A stretch of 64,000 bases of DNA from an uncultured Gemmatimonadales bacterium (GCA_963816355.1 CAWFKH010000005.1:288001-352000); one strand, 5' to 3'; shown: positions 10,632-20,653, counted from the stretch's first letter. Made by a program: numbers and translations. The notes: generated by a model from the letters alone, not told the origin.

Positions 10632-12683
10632 ATGGCAACCTATCTGCAGCAGGACAGGCCGATTCAGCTCACGACCGTGCTGGGTCCGGACAAGCTGCTC
10701 GTGCACGGATTGACGGGCGCGGAGGCGGTGTCGCGCCCCTTCCGCTTCACGCTCGACCTCTTCTCCGAGGACCCGGCGATCGATGGCGCGGACCTGCTGC
10801 GGACGGCGGGCACGATCACGCTGGCGTTGGCCGGGGGCGGGACGCGCGAGATCCACGGCTGGTTCAACCGCTTCGTGCAGCTCGGCCAGCACGACGACGT
10901 GATCCGCTACCGGGCGGAGCTGGTGCCGCGGCTCTGGTTCGCGGGCCTCGCGCGCGACTGCCGGATCTACCAGAACAAGACCGTCCCCGAGATCCTGGAA
11001 GAGGTGCTGAAGAAGCACGACGTGGACTACTCGCTGAAGTGCACGGCGCAGTATCCGCAGCGCGAGTACTGCGTGCAGTATCGCGAATCGGACCTCGACT
11101 TCATCTCGCGTCTGATGGAGGAGGAGGGGATCTTCTACCTCTTCGACCACGGCGGCGAGCGCGAGGTGCTGCTGATCGCCGACGCGAGCAACGCGGTGCC
11201 GGCTTGTCCGGAGCAGGACAGCGTGCGCATGTCGCTGGAGCCGCAGGAGGACGAGGACGTCGTGCTGGGCCTGTACCGCGAGCAGGCGGTGCACACGAGC
11301 AAGGTCACGCTGAAGTCGTACGACTACCTGCAGCCGCCGATGTCGTTGAGCCCGAGCGTGGATTCCGTCGACTCCGGATTCGGCGAGGAGATCTACGACT
11401 TCCCCGGTGACTACACGACCGACGACGACGGCTACCGGCAGGCGCGGCTGCGCATCGAGGCGGAGGAGGCGAAGCAGCAGGTGGTGCAGGGTCGCAGCGA
11501 CTGCCGCGCGTTCGTCAGCGGCACCCGCTTCAAGCTCCAGGACCACTTCAACGCGGACCTCAACGGGGAGTACATCCTCACCGAGGTCCAGCACCGCGCG
11601 GACGCCGGCGGCTACCGCGCGGGGACGCACTCCGGCTTCAGCTACGAGAACGAGTTCCAGGCGATCCCCACGTCGATCCCCTACCGGCCGCCGCGCGTCA
11701 CGCCCGCACCCACGGTCTACGGCACGCAGACCGCGGTCGTGGTCGGGCCGGCGGGCGAGGAAGTCTACACGGACCGGCACGGCCGCGTGAAGGTGCAGTT
11801 CCACTGGGACCGCGAGGGCAGCAAGGACGAGAACAGCTCCTGCTGGATCCGCGTCGCGCAGCCGTGGGCCGGCAAGGGGTACGGCACGGCGCACATCCCC
11901 CGCATCGGCAACGAGGTGGTTGTCCAGTTCCTCGACGGAGACGCGAACCGTCCGATCATCATCGGCAGCGTCTACAACGCGGACCAGGTGCCCCCGTTCG
12001 AGCTGCCCGGCCAGGGGATCCAGCAGGGCATCAAGTCGCGCAGCTCGAAGGGGGGCGGCGGCGCCAACGAGATCAGCGTATGGGACGACAAGGGCGCGGA
12101 GGAGCTACGGATCCACGCGCAGACCGACGAGAACCACACCGTCGGCCGAGACCAGCAGATGACGGTGGACGGGGACCGCACCGTGCACGTGAAGGGCGCC
12201 GTCGACGAGACGATCGACGCCGGCGAGACCCGCAACGTCACGGACGGCATCAAGGAGACGGTGACGGGCGACGTGAAGCAGACGATCACCGGCAAGCTGG
12301 AGCAGACGGTGACCGGCGGCATCAAGGTGACGACGCCCGCGGACATCCAGATGACCGCCGCGGCCGGAGTGAAGATCGTCGCGCCGGCGGGCATCAACGT
12401 GATCGCACCGGGCGGACATACGCAGGTGGACAACTTCTGGGACCAGACCGGCCTGAAGAAGTACACGGCCTACGCACAGGCGATCGCGGTCACCGGTCAG
12501 ATCACGGCCACGTTCGCGCAGCGCTTCCAGGTGGCCGGCTGGGACACCCAGCTCACGGCGTTCAAGGTGAGCACGACCGGCATGTACATCGACAACAAGG
12601 TGATCAACCTCGAGAAGGACGTGACGACGATCAAGCAGAAAGCCGTCGCGTTGATCACGTGCGGCCTTTATTCGATCACGTAG
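10632..12683 (+). CDS. vgrG: T6SS spike protein VgrG/TssI
   Basis: REYCVQYRESDLDFISRLMEEEGIFY, GRVKVQFHWDR, SCWIRVAQPWAG, IPRIGNEVVV; gp5-like C-terminal beta repeats. Confidence 0.97.
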   Translation: MATYLQQDRPIQLTTVLGPDKLLVHGLTGAEAVSRPFRFTLDLFSEDPAIDGADLLRTAGTITLALAGGGTREIHGWFNRFVQLGQHDDVIRYRAELVPRLWFAGLARDCRIYQNKTVPEILEEVLKKHDVDYSLKCTAQYPQREYCVQYRESDLDFISRLMEEEGIFYLFDHGGEREVLLIADASNAVPACPEQDSVRMSLEPQEDEDVVLGLYREQAVHTSKVTLKSYDYLQPPMSLSPSVDSVDSGFGEEIYDFPGDYTTDDDGYRQARLRIEAEEAKQQVVQGRSDCRAFVSGTRFKLQDHFNADLNGEYILTEVQHRADAGGYRAGTHSGFSYENEFQAIPTSIPYRPPRVTPAPTVYGTQTAVVVGPAGEEVYTDRHGRVKVQFHWDREGSKDENSSCWIRVAQPWAGKGYGTAHIPRIGNEVVVQFLDGDANRPIIIGSVYNADQVPPFELPGQGIQQGIKSRSSKGGGGANEISVWDDKGAEELRIHAQTDENHTVGRDQQMTVDGDRTVHVKGAVDETIDAGETRNVTDGIKETVTGDVKQTITGKLEQTVTGGIKVTTPADIQMTAAAGVKIVAPAGINVIAPGGHTQVDNFWDQTGLKKYTAYAQAIAVTGQITATFAQRFQVAGWDTQLTAFKVSTTGMYIDNKVINLEKDVTTIKQKAVALITCGLYSIT

Positions 12684-12799
12684 GCGCGATCCCGCGCTGC
12701 CGCTCCGACGCCCGCCTGCGGCTGCCGCTGGCGGCGCTGCTCGCGTGCGTCGTCGCCTGTGCCGGCGCCGACGCGGCACCCGATCCGGAGGTGGTGGCG

Positions 12800-13033
12800 A
12801 TGATGAATTCCGCGCCGATACCCGCGGTGATCGAGGCCGTCGAAGTGCTGCGCCACGAGCGCCGGGAGGGAATGCGCCGGGTCCGCGTGAGCGTGCGGGC
12901 GCGAGGCGTCTCGCCGCAGGAGGTCACCGTGACGGAGTGGGTCCCCGTCGTCCTGCTGGGACGGCTCACGGTGGGTGCCACCATCCAGCTGATCGTCGAC
13001 CCCGCGCTCAAGCAGTTGACGATCGGACTCTGA
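12800..13033 (+). CDS. Small hypothetical protein (77 aa) between vgrG and the DUF2169 gene
   Basis: GGAGG at 12787 precedes ATG 12800; stop lies 1 nt before the next ATG; beta-rich sequence. The frame is also open upstream with a hydrophobic LAALLACVVAC stretch, so the start is uncertain. Confidence 0.55.
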   Translation: MMNSAPIPAVIEAVEVLRHERREGMRRVRVSVRARGVSPQEVTVTEWVPVVLLGRLTVGATIQLIVDPALKQLTIGL

Positions 13034-13034
13034 G

Positions 13035-15677
13035 ATGAAGGTCGTCAAGCCGCAGAAGCTCGCCATGGTGACGCGCTGCTTCGAGCAGGAGCGTCGCTTC
13101 TACATGGGTTTCGGCGTCCTCGCGATGCACCGCTTCGGCGGCGCGATCGTGAGCGAGATGGAGATGTGGACGTTTCTCGCCCGCGAGCTCGGCCAGGACG
13201 GCGCGCCGGACGCGGGGATGCCGAAGTCGCGCGGCGAGTTCCTGGCGACCGGCTACGCCTTCCCCCCCGGCGTAGCGCCCGCCGCCACGGCGGCCGTACG
13301 CGTGCAGGTGGGCACGCTGCAGAAGACGCTCAACGTGTACGGCGACCGCTACTGGCGAACCGACCGCGTGCTGGGGCGCGCACCGACGGAGCCCGCGCCG
13401 TTCACGCGCATGCCGATCGGTTGGGAGACGGCGTTCGGCGGGGAGGGCTTCGATCGCAATCCGCGCGGCAAAGGCTACGCGCCGATCGAGACGGAGGAGG
13501 GCGTCGTCTTCCCGCTGGCGAACGTCGAGCTGCCCGGACACTCGACCGCTTCGCCGGAGACGGCGGAGCCGGCGTGCTTCGGCCCGATCGACTTCACGTG
13601 GCCACAGCGCGCAGCGAAGGCGGGCACGTATGACGCCCGCTGGCTCGCCGAGCTCTTCCCGGGCTTCGCGCGGGACATGGACTGGTCGATCTTCAACATC
13701 GCCGCGGAGGACCAGCAGCAGGACGCGCCGTTCCGCGGGGACGAGGTCGTCGTCGTGGATGGCATGCACCCGCAGCGGCCGCGGCTGGAGGGCAGGCTTC
13801 CGGGCCTCGTCGCCCGGTGCTACGTCAACGCGGCGAGCGACGAGGGCGAGGTCTTCGAAGAGGTTCAGACGCGCCTCACGACGGTGTGGCTGTTCCCCCA
13901 CGCCGAGCGCTACCTGCTGGTCTACCATGGCTGGCGCGAGGTGCGCGACGAGGACGGCGCGGATGTGCTGCAGGCGGTGATTGCGGCCGAGCGTGCCGGC
14001 GAGCCGAAGGGCAGCGAACACTACCGGGCGGTCCTCGCGCAGCGGCTCGACCCGGACGAGGGCGCCGTCCACTCGCTGCGCGAATCGGACCTGTTGCCGC
14101 CGAACCTGCCGGAGGAGCCGGACGCCGCGCTGGAGGAGATGCGGGGCCTCGTCGAGACCGAGGGTCTTCTCCGCAAGCACCAGCGGCTGAGGCAGGAGCA
14201 GGAGGTCGAGCAGAGACGCGCGTTCATCGCCAGCCTCGGCCTCGACCCGGACCTGCATGGACCCTCGCTTCCGCCGGAGCCCGACCTTCCCGCGCCGGAG
14301 GAAGCCCCGGCCGTCGCGGCACGGCTGAAGGCGGAAGGTGAGAAGCGGATCGAGGAGGAGAAGGAGCGCCAGAAGGAGAGGAACGAGTGGCTGCGGCCGC
14401 TGCTCCTCGCGGACGGCCTGGACGCGGACGCGATCCTCGCGGAGGCGGAGCAGGCCGTGCGCGGCCCGCCGCTGTTCACCGCCGCGGAGGAGATCGCGAA
14501 GCTGCGGGCGCTCTCCGCCGAGATGAGGGCGATGGGCACGCCCGTCGACGAGCTGGACGAATACGCCGACTCGCCGGAGTACAACCGGATGTTCGCCGAG
14601 GCCGAGCAGAACATGCGCGAGGCCTACCGGCAGATGGCGCACGACCAGGACGCCGCGGAGCGCTTTTCGGGCGACGATGCCGCTCGGTCCCGCTCCGCCG
14701 CCCTCGCCACGCTGCAGAGCCAGGGCAACCTCGCGCGGGCGAACCTCACGGGATTCGACCTCTCCGGGCTCGACCTTCGCGGCGTCGACCTGAGCGGGGC
14801 GTGGCTCGAGAACGCGAATCTCGCGCGCGCGGACCTCGAAGGGGCGGACCTTTCCGAGGCCGTTCTCGCGCGCGCGGACCTCACCGACGCGAACCTCACC
14901 GGCGCGAAGCTGGGAAAGGCGAACCTGGGGCTGTCCCGGATGCTGCGCACGCGTGCGGATGGCGCGACGCTCTCGGAGGCGATCCTGAACAGGGCCCAGG
15001 TCGAAGAGGCGAGCCTGCGCGGAGCGCTGCTCGACGGTGCCGACTGGACGGAGGCGGAGGTGCGCGCGAGCGACCTCACGCAGGCGACGTTGACCGGCGC
15101 CATCTTCATGAAGAACGACCTGACGGGCTTCCGCCTGGTCGGTGCGGATCTCGGCCAGTGCACCTTCATCGAGGTGGACGTAAACGGCGTCGACTTCAGC
15201 GGCGCCAACTTGGAAGGAAGCACGTTCCTGAACTCGAACGGCGCGGGGGCGACCTTCGACGGGGCGCGGATGACCGAGTGCCGCTTCGTCGAGGGGTGCA
15301 GCTTCGAAGGCGCGAGCTTCCGCAAGGCGGTCCTCACGCGCGTCAACCTGCGGAGCACGAAGCTGTCCGGCGCCGACCTCTCCGAAGCGTCGCTCGACGG
15401 GGCGGACCTCAGCGAATGCGACCTGTCCGGCGCGTCGCTGTTGCGGGCTCGCGCGCGCGACGCGCTCCTGATCAAGGCGGACCTGTCCGGCGCGCGGCTC
15501 GCGTCCGCGGACCTGATGAACGCGCTCCTGCAGAACGCCGACCTCTCCGGCACGGACCTGCGCGGAGCCAACCTGTTCCAGGCGAACCTCTCGCGCGTCG
15601 TCACGGACGAGGGCACGAACGTCCAGGACGCGAACCGCAAGAAGGCGCGGCTGCTGCCGGAGCGACCCCGGCAATGA
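13035..15677 (+). CDS. DUF2169 T6SS adaptor fused to C-terminal pentapeptide repeats (TagAB-like)
   Basis: MKVVKPQ...DAGMPKSRGEFL, KTLNVYGDRYW, FGPIDFTWPQR, AGTYDARW, FNIAAEDQ; C-terminal A(D/N)LxG pentapeptide repeats. Confidence 0.9.
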   Translation: MKVVKPQKLAMVTRCFEQERRFYMGFGVLAMHRFGGAIVSEMEMWTFLARELGQDGAPDAGMPKSRGEFLATGYAFPPGVAPAATAAVRVQVGTLQKTLNVYGDRYWRTDRVLGRAPTEPAPFTRMPIGWETAFGGEGFDRNPRGKGYAPIETEEGVVFPLANVELPGHSTASPETAEPACFGPIDFTWPQRAAKAGTYDARWLAELFPGFARDMDWSIFNIAAEDQQQDAPFRGDEVVVVDGMHPQRPRLEGRLPGLVARCYVNAASDEGEVFEEVQTRLTTVWLFPHAERYLLVYHGWREVRDEDGADVLQAVIAAERAGEPKGSEHYRAVLAQRLDPDEGAVHSLRESDLLPPNLPEEPDAALEEMRGLVETEGLLRKHQRLRQEQEVEQRRAFIASLGLDPDLHGPSLPPEPDLPAPEEAPAVAARLKAEGEKRIEEEKERQKERNEWLRPLLLADGLDADAILAEAEQAVRGPPLFTAAEEIAKLRALSAEMRAMGTPVDELDEYADSPEYNRMFAEAEQNMREAYRQMAHDQDAAERFSGDDAARSRSAALATLQSQGNLARANLTGFDLSGLDLRGVDLSGAWLENANLARADLEGADLSEAVLARADLTDANLTGAKLGKANLGLSRMLRTRADGATLSEAILNRAQVEEASLRGALLDGADWTEAEVRASDLTQATLTGAIFMKNDLTGFRLVGADLGQCTFIEVDVNGVDFSGANLEGSTFLNSNGAGATFDGARMTECRFVEGCSFEGASFRKAVLTRVNLRSTKLSGADLSEASLDGADLSECDLSGASLLRARARDALLIKADLSGARLASADLMNALLQNADLSGTDLRGANLFQANLSRVVTDEGTNVQDANRKKARLLPERPRQ

Positions 15678-16723
15678 CGTCGAGCGAGCTGCAGGCCGCG
15701 GTGTCGCGGGGCGATGTCCTGACGAAACTCGATCTCGCGGGGATCGATCTCTCGGGAGCGCAGCTCGCCGGCGGCTATTTCGAGGGCGTCGACTTCACCG
15801 GCTGCAGCTTGAGGGATGCGACGCTGCGGGAGAGCGTGCTGGTCGACTGCCGCTTCACGGACGCCGACGCGAGCGGCGCGGATCTCCGCCACGCCTCCAT
15901 CATGAAGACCGACTTCGCACGGGCGCGGCTCGCTGGCGCGACGCTGTCCGCCGCGCAGATCGCCCGGACGGACTTCTCCGACGGCGACCTCGGCGCCGCG
16001 GACCTGACGATCGCCGCCATTGCGGAGTGCAATCTCGAACGCGCGCGTCTTGCCGGCGCGAAGCTGGACCGCACGACCCTCGTCGAGTCGCGCACCCAGG
16101 GCATGGACCTGTCCGGCACGCGCCTCGACGGCACTACCCTCCTGAAGGCGGACCTGACGAGCTCGAATCTGAGCGGCGTGAGCGCCGACAAGGCGATCTT
16201 CATCGAGGCGAAGCTCGCCGGGCAGGACCTGAGCGGGCGCGTCTTCTCAATGTGCCAGTTCGTGGGAGCCGACCTGTCCGGCGCGTTGCTCGGCGGTGCG
16301 ACCCTGTCGCAGTGCAACTTCAAGGACTCCGACCTGAGCGGCGCGCGGCTGGATAACGCGAACGTCGAGCGCGCGCTGTTCATCGGCGCCACCCTCTCCG
16401 ACGCCAGCCTGCGCGGCGCCCTGCTGACGCAGTCGCTGTTCGTGGAGGCGGAGCTGGCGCGCGCCGACTTCTCCAGCGCGACCATGGTGCAGTGCAACCT
16501 CTCACGCGCCCGCTGCGACCACGCCGTCTTCGCCGGCGCCGACCTCACCTACGCGGACTTCACCCACGCGGACCTGAGCGCCGCCGACCTCTCGGGTGCG
16601 AAGCTGTTCCGCGCGGTCCTGCACCGCGTGACGGACGCCGGCACCCTCTTCACCGATCGGAGCGAGGCGCTCGGAGACGATCCGGACCTGGCGGAGGCCG
16701 AAGAGTGGCCGACGCTCTACTGA
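15674..16723 (+). CDS. Pentapeptide repeat protein (TagB-like)
   Basis: ATG overlaps the upstream stop (ATGA); almost entirely ADLSG-type pentapeptide repeats. Confidence 0.9.
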   Translation: MTSSELQAAVSRGDVLTKLDLAGIDLSGAQLAGGYFEGVDFTGCSLRDATLRESVLVDCRFTDADASGADLRHASIMKTDFARARLAGATLSAAQIARTDFSDGDLGAADLTIAAIAECNLERARLAGAKLDRTTLVESRTQGMDLSGTRLDGTTLLKADLTSSNLSGVSADKAIFIEAKLAGQDLSGRVFSMCQFVGADLSGALLGGATLSQCNFKDSDLSGARLDNANVERALFIGATLSDASLRGALLTQSLFVEAELARADFSSATMVQCNLSRARCDHAVFAGADLTYADFTHADLSAADLSGAKLFRAVLHRVTDAGTLFTDRSEALGDDPDLAEAEEWPTLY

Positions 16724-16737
16724 AGCGAGGACAGACG

Positions 16738-17343
16738 ATGGACGCGATGCAGACGATGGAGACGGCGGATGCCGCCCAGACGACCGGCACCGTAATCGAG
16801 ACGGCGGCCACGGGGGTCCGCGTGTGGACGCCGGAAGGCGTCGTGGATGCGCGGCGGGCGGTGAGCTGCCTCGTCGCGCCGGAGGAGGGTGACCTGGTGC
16901 TCCTCGCCGGCCCGTGCGCCGGCACGTCCTACATACTCGCCGTGCTCGCCCGGCCGGACGGCCGCGCCAGGCGGATCGCGGTCGAAGGCGACGTCGTCTT
17001 CGAGATGCCCTCGGGGCGCTTCACGATCGCCGCGGCCCGAGGCGTCGACATCGTGGCGAAGGAAACGGTGTCGCTCACCGCGGACCGGCTCGAGGCGCGC
17101 GCGAGGGAGAGCCGCCTCCTCGTGGGCAGCATCAGCGTCGTGGCCCGCGTGGTCGACGCGACGTTCGAGCGTCTTTCGCAGTCGGTGAAGCGGGTCTTCC
17201 GGCGCGTCGAGGAGATCGATCACCTGCGTGCGGGCCAGATCGACCACGCCGCGGCGGGCAACGCGAGGCTGCACGCGCAGAACACGCTGATCACCGCCCG
17301 GGAGCTGGTGAAAGCGGACGGCAAGCAGATCCACATCGGCTGA
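16738..17343 (+). CDS. DUF3540 family protein (TagC-like)
   Basis: ARRAVSCLVAPEEGDLVL and C-terminal VKADGKQIHIG, characteristic of DUF3540; GAGGA RBS. Confidence 0.85.
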   Translation: MDAMQTMETADAAQTTGTVIETAATGVRVWTPEGVVDARRAVSCLVAPEEGDLVLLAGPCAGTSYILAVLARPDGRARRIAVEGDVVFEMPSGRFTIAAARGVDIVAKETVSLTADRLEARARESRLLVGSISVVARVVDATFERLSQSVKRVFRRVEEIDHLRAGQIDHAAAGNARLHAQNTLITARELVKADGKQIHIG

Positions 17344-17357
17344 GAAGGGGGGAGCGA

Positions 17358-17756
17358 ATGTTCGCCAATACGCAGCTGTCGGGCGTGGACACGGGTTTCC
17401 CGGACGTGTGCCTGACGCCCGCGCCGCCCGCGCCGCCGATCCCGGTGCCGTACCCGAACATCGCGGCGGGCCCGATGGCGCTCAACGCGGTCTACAAGGT
17501 GCTCTTCATGTGCGCGCCCGCACACAACATGGGGACGTCGATCCCCATGACGAACGGCGACAACGCCGGGCTGGCGACCGGCGTCGCATCGGCGACGGTG
17601 ATGGGCCCCGCGCGGCACCTGACGGCCGCGTTCACGGTCCTGATCGGTGGCATGCCGCTGACGCGTCTGACCAGCGTCGCGTTGCAGAACTCGACCAACT
17701 GCCCGGGCGCTCGCCTCGTTCCGAGCCAGGTGAAGGTCCTCGTCCTTTCGCCCTGA
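17358..17756 (+). CDS. PAAR-like DUF4150 (PIPY-type) spike tip protein
   Basis: MFANTQ...FPDVCLTP..PIPVPYPNIA, TNGDNAG, GVAS, SQVKVL; GGAG RBS. Confidence 0.92.
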   Translation: MFANTQLSGVDTGFPDVCLTPAPPAPPIPVPYPNIAAGPMALNAVYKVLFMCAPAHNMGTSIPMTNGDNAGLATGVASATVMGPARHLTAAFTVLIGGMPLTRLTSVALQNSTNCPGARLVPSQVKVLVLSP

Positions 17757-17831
17757 CCCGTGGCCGGTGCCGCGCACACTCTTCCGGCGCGCGGCGGCGG
17801 CGAAGTCCCAAGCCACCCCGGAGGAACCGCG

Positions 17832-18758
17832 ATGGCGATCGAACACGCGCCCGATCCGGACGTCGGGAGTCAGGCCGACCTCATCCGCTATCGGCCGCCG
17901 CCCGGCGAGGTCGCGCGCTACTACACTACGAAGCAGGGCCGGAGGGAGACGCTCGACACCGTCGCGAGCGCCAGCGGCGTGACGGTGAAGCAACTGCTCG
18001 CGTTCAACTTCCCGGGCACGGTGGTGCGGGACCGGATCGTGCCGCCGGTGGTGAACTGGTATCTGCACCACCACGTCGAGTTCAACTGCCCGGAGACGCA
18101 CGACCGGCTGAACCGCGTGTTCCAGGGGAACGAGAAGCTCGCCATCCCCCATCGCACCACGCACATCGAATTCGACGATCCGTTCGTGATCACCGCCAAC
18201 GCTCCCACACCCACCGGCGTCTGGTTCGGCGGCGGATTCAAGGGTGGAACGACGTTCGGCGTCGTGGGGATCGAGACCACGCAGATCGTCTGTGTCGCGG
18301 CCGACGGCAGGAGCGGCTTCACGGCGACCGTGTCCGGAACGCGCTTCCCCGCCCTGGGGATCGGAGCCAGCGGCGGTCCGATCGTCGTCCTCATCACGTC
18401 GATGCGCTCGCCGGGCCAGCTCTCGAACATGATGACGGGCGGCGGCGATTTCTCGCTGTCGATCGGACCGAAGGTGGACTCCGTGATCCGAGGAGCACGC
18501 TACGCCAAGGCCGCGGACGCGCTCGCCAGGTTCGCGGCCAAGTACGGCCGGAGCGGGGTTCGCGGCATCAAGGCGGGCAAGGCCCTTCTGAAGTACAACG
18601 GCCAGATCGCCGACATCGTCAAGACGCTCGGCATGGACATGCACGCCGCCGAGCCTCAGATCTTCTCGCTCGGCAGCCCATGGGGAGGGTTCGGCCTCGA
18701 GGCGGGCGTGCAGTTCACCGTGTCGACCTTCCAGGTCGAATCGATCGTGAACCTGTAG
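17832..18758 (+). CDS. Hypothetical protein with LysM-like N-terminal motif; candidate T6SS effector
   Basis: GGAGG RBS; YTTKQGRRETLDTVASASGVTVKQLLAFNF resembles LysM; Gly-rich C-terminal domain; last gene of the spike cassette. Function is inferred. Confidence 0.6.
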   Translation: MAIEHAPDPDVGSQADLIRYRPPPGEVARYYTTKQGRRETLDTVASASGVTVKQLLAFNFPGTVVRDRIVPPVVNWYLHHHVEFNCPETHDRLNRVFQGNEKLAIPHRTTHIEFDDPFVITANAPTPTGVWFGGGFKGGTTFGVVGIETTQIVCVAADGRSGFTATVSGTRFPALGIGASGGPIVVLITSMRSPGQLSNMMTGGGDFSLSIGPKVDSVIRGARYAKAADALARFAAKYGRSGVRGIKAGKALLKYNGQIADIVKTLGMDMHAAEPQIFSLGSPWGGFGLEAGVQFTVSTFQVESIVNL

Positions 18759-18790
18759 CGGGCGGCCCGCCCGCAGGGCGCGACGGACGG

Positions 18791-20653
18791 CTAGAACCCG
18801 CCGCCGCCGCCGCCGCCGCTCCCGCCCCCGCTGCTGCCGCCGCCGCCGGAGCCGGAGGGGCTCGAGGACATCGTGCTGGACGCCGCGCTGGACATCGCGT
18901 GCATGTCGTGTGAGAAGGCCGCCGCGTTGAAGCCGGCGCCGCCGTAGCCGCTGTACCACTGCGGCGGCTCGGTGAACATCTCACGGAACGCCTTCGCCCA
19001 CTTCTCCTCGACCTTGAACGCCATGGCGAAGGGCAGGAAGCGCTCGAACATCTCGGGCGAAGTGATCATGCGCTTGTAGCGGTCCTCCTCGACGCGGTCG
19101 AGGAACTCGCGGAAGCCGAGGGCTTTCTCGCGCGTGCGGGCGCCGGACACCGTTCGCGCCGGCATGATCAGCGCGAAGAAGAAGAGGATGATGCCGGAAA
19201 CGACGGCGGCGGCACCCAGCGTCACCGGCTCGACCGGCACGATCGCATGGTCGGAGAGCCACCCGGCGGCGAGGATGCCGACCACGAGGGTGGCGACGGC
19301 GCCCGCGATCCAAGAGTTCTGCACCTTCTGCGGATCGCGCCGGTAATAGTCGTTCTGCACCAGCTCCGCATAGATCGCCTGCCGGATCCCCTTCAGATCC
19401 TTGTAAAACCGGTTCTTGAGAGAAGACAGCTCGACGCTGCCGTAGGTGGGGCCGGGCCCGGCGCCATCCACCGCTGCGACACCGCCGTCGCGGGCGGTGC
19501 CGTCGTCGCCGCCGATTCCGACGCCGCCGCCATGGCCGCCCGCGGAGAGGAGCGAGGCGGCGCCGCTCAGCGAAGGCTCGGCGTACTTGAAGAGGGCGCT
19601 CAGGTAGAGCACCTCGTGCGAGCGCAGGCCGTCCCACGCCTCGCGCGGCTTCTTCAGGTGGAAGACGTACTCCGTGGTGGAGAAGAGGCCGAGGACGTGC
19701 TCGTCGCTCCGCTTCTGGATGTGGACGTAGCCGCGCACGGCGAGGTCGACGAGCGTGGCGGTGATGTCGTGCATCTGGGCCTTGTTGTCTACCAGCGTGC
19801 CGACCTCGGCCGGGCTGAGCGAGTCCGGCGGCTCGTACTGAACGACGACCGGGCGTGCCACCGGATCGCGGCCGTTCCGCATCCACGCACGCAGCGCGAG
19901 GGCGAAGACGAGGAACGGCAGGAGGACGGGCCAGCCGTTGGCGATGGCGCGGGAGAGGCGGCTCGCGGGCGTCGGCCGCGCGACCACGCCGGGCGGCCAA
20001 CCGACCGCGACCGTCAGGCCTTCGCCGGGCGCGAAGGCGCGCGTAGCCGCGAAATCCACCACGCTGCCGTTGGCGCGCGTGCGCACCGCCCGCTCCGTCG
20101 AGCCGGCGGCCCCGGTGTAGGCGGCGTACTGTTTCGGCTCGACGCCGGGCAGGACGACGCGCGCCGTCGCGTGCTCGATGGGCACCTCCCACGCGTTCCC
20201 GGTCGCGTTCCAGTACAGCTCGTCGAGCGGGCCGACGTTGCTGTCCTGGTCGAAGAAGCGGATCGCGTTGTGGGCGACGTAGTGGAGGACGACGGTGCGC
20301 GTCGCATCGTGCGCGTCCGGGACCCAGATCTTGAGGCGACGCGTCCAGCGGCCTCGCGAGCTCGCCTCCACCTTCAGCGGCGAGCCCGCGCCGTCGGTGA
20401 CGCGGGTGACGTCGACGTCGAGGCGACGGCGCTCGTTCTGGGCGGTGCGGTGCTCGAGTGAGAGATCGCGGAAGAGGCCGTTCCACGACCCGTTGAAATG
20501 GGGCCGGATCGTCTCGGTGACCTGCACGTCCCCGTTCGGCTGGACGCGCAGGAGGACGTCGAAGCTCTGGATCACGATGCTGCGCTGCGCCGCGCCGGCG
20601 GCAGGCGAAAGGGCGAGCAGGGCGGCGACGGTGGCCAGGCGGAGTCGCGTCAT
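18791..20653 (-). CDS. DUF2207 family membrane protein
   Basis: Signal peptide, DELYWNATGNAW, PPDSLSPAEVG, ITATLVDLAVRG, FERFLPFAMAF, C-terminal GGGSSGGGSGGGGGGGF. Confidence 0.9.
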   Translation of the reverse strand: MTRLRLATVAALLALSPAAGAAQRSIVIQSFDVLLRVQPNGDVQVTETIRPHFNGSWNGLFRDLSLEHRTAQNERRRLDVDVTRVTDGAGSPLKVEASSRGRWTRRLKIWVPDAHDATRTVVLHYVAHNAIRFFDQDSNVGPLDELYWNATGNAWEVPIEHATARVVLPGVEPKQYAAYTGAAGSTERAVRTRANGSVVDFAATRAFAPGEGLTVAVGWPPGVVARPTPASRLSRAIANGWPVLLPFLVFALALRAWMRNGRDPVARPVVVQYEPPDSLSPAEVGTLVDNKAQMHDITATLVDLAVRGYVHIQKRSDEHVLGLFSTTEYVFHLKKPREAWDGLRSHEVLYLSALFKYAEPSLSGAASLLSAGGHGGGVGIGGDDGTARDGGVAAVDGAGPGPTYGSVELSSLKNRFYKDLKGIRQAIYAELVQNDYYRRDPQKVQNSWIAGAVATLVVGILAAGWLSDHAIVPVEPVTLGAAAVVSGIILFFFALIMPARTVSGARTREKALGFREFLDRVEEDRYKRMITSPEMFERFLPFAMAFKVEEKWAKAFREMFTEPPQWYSGYGGAGFNAAAFSHDMHAMSSAASSTMSSSPSGSGGGGSSGGGSGGGGGGGF

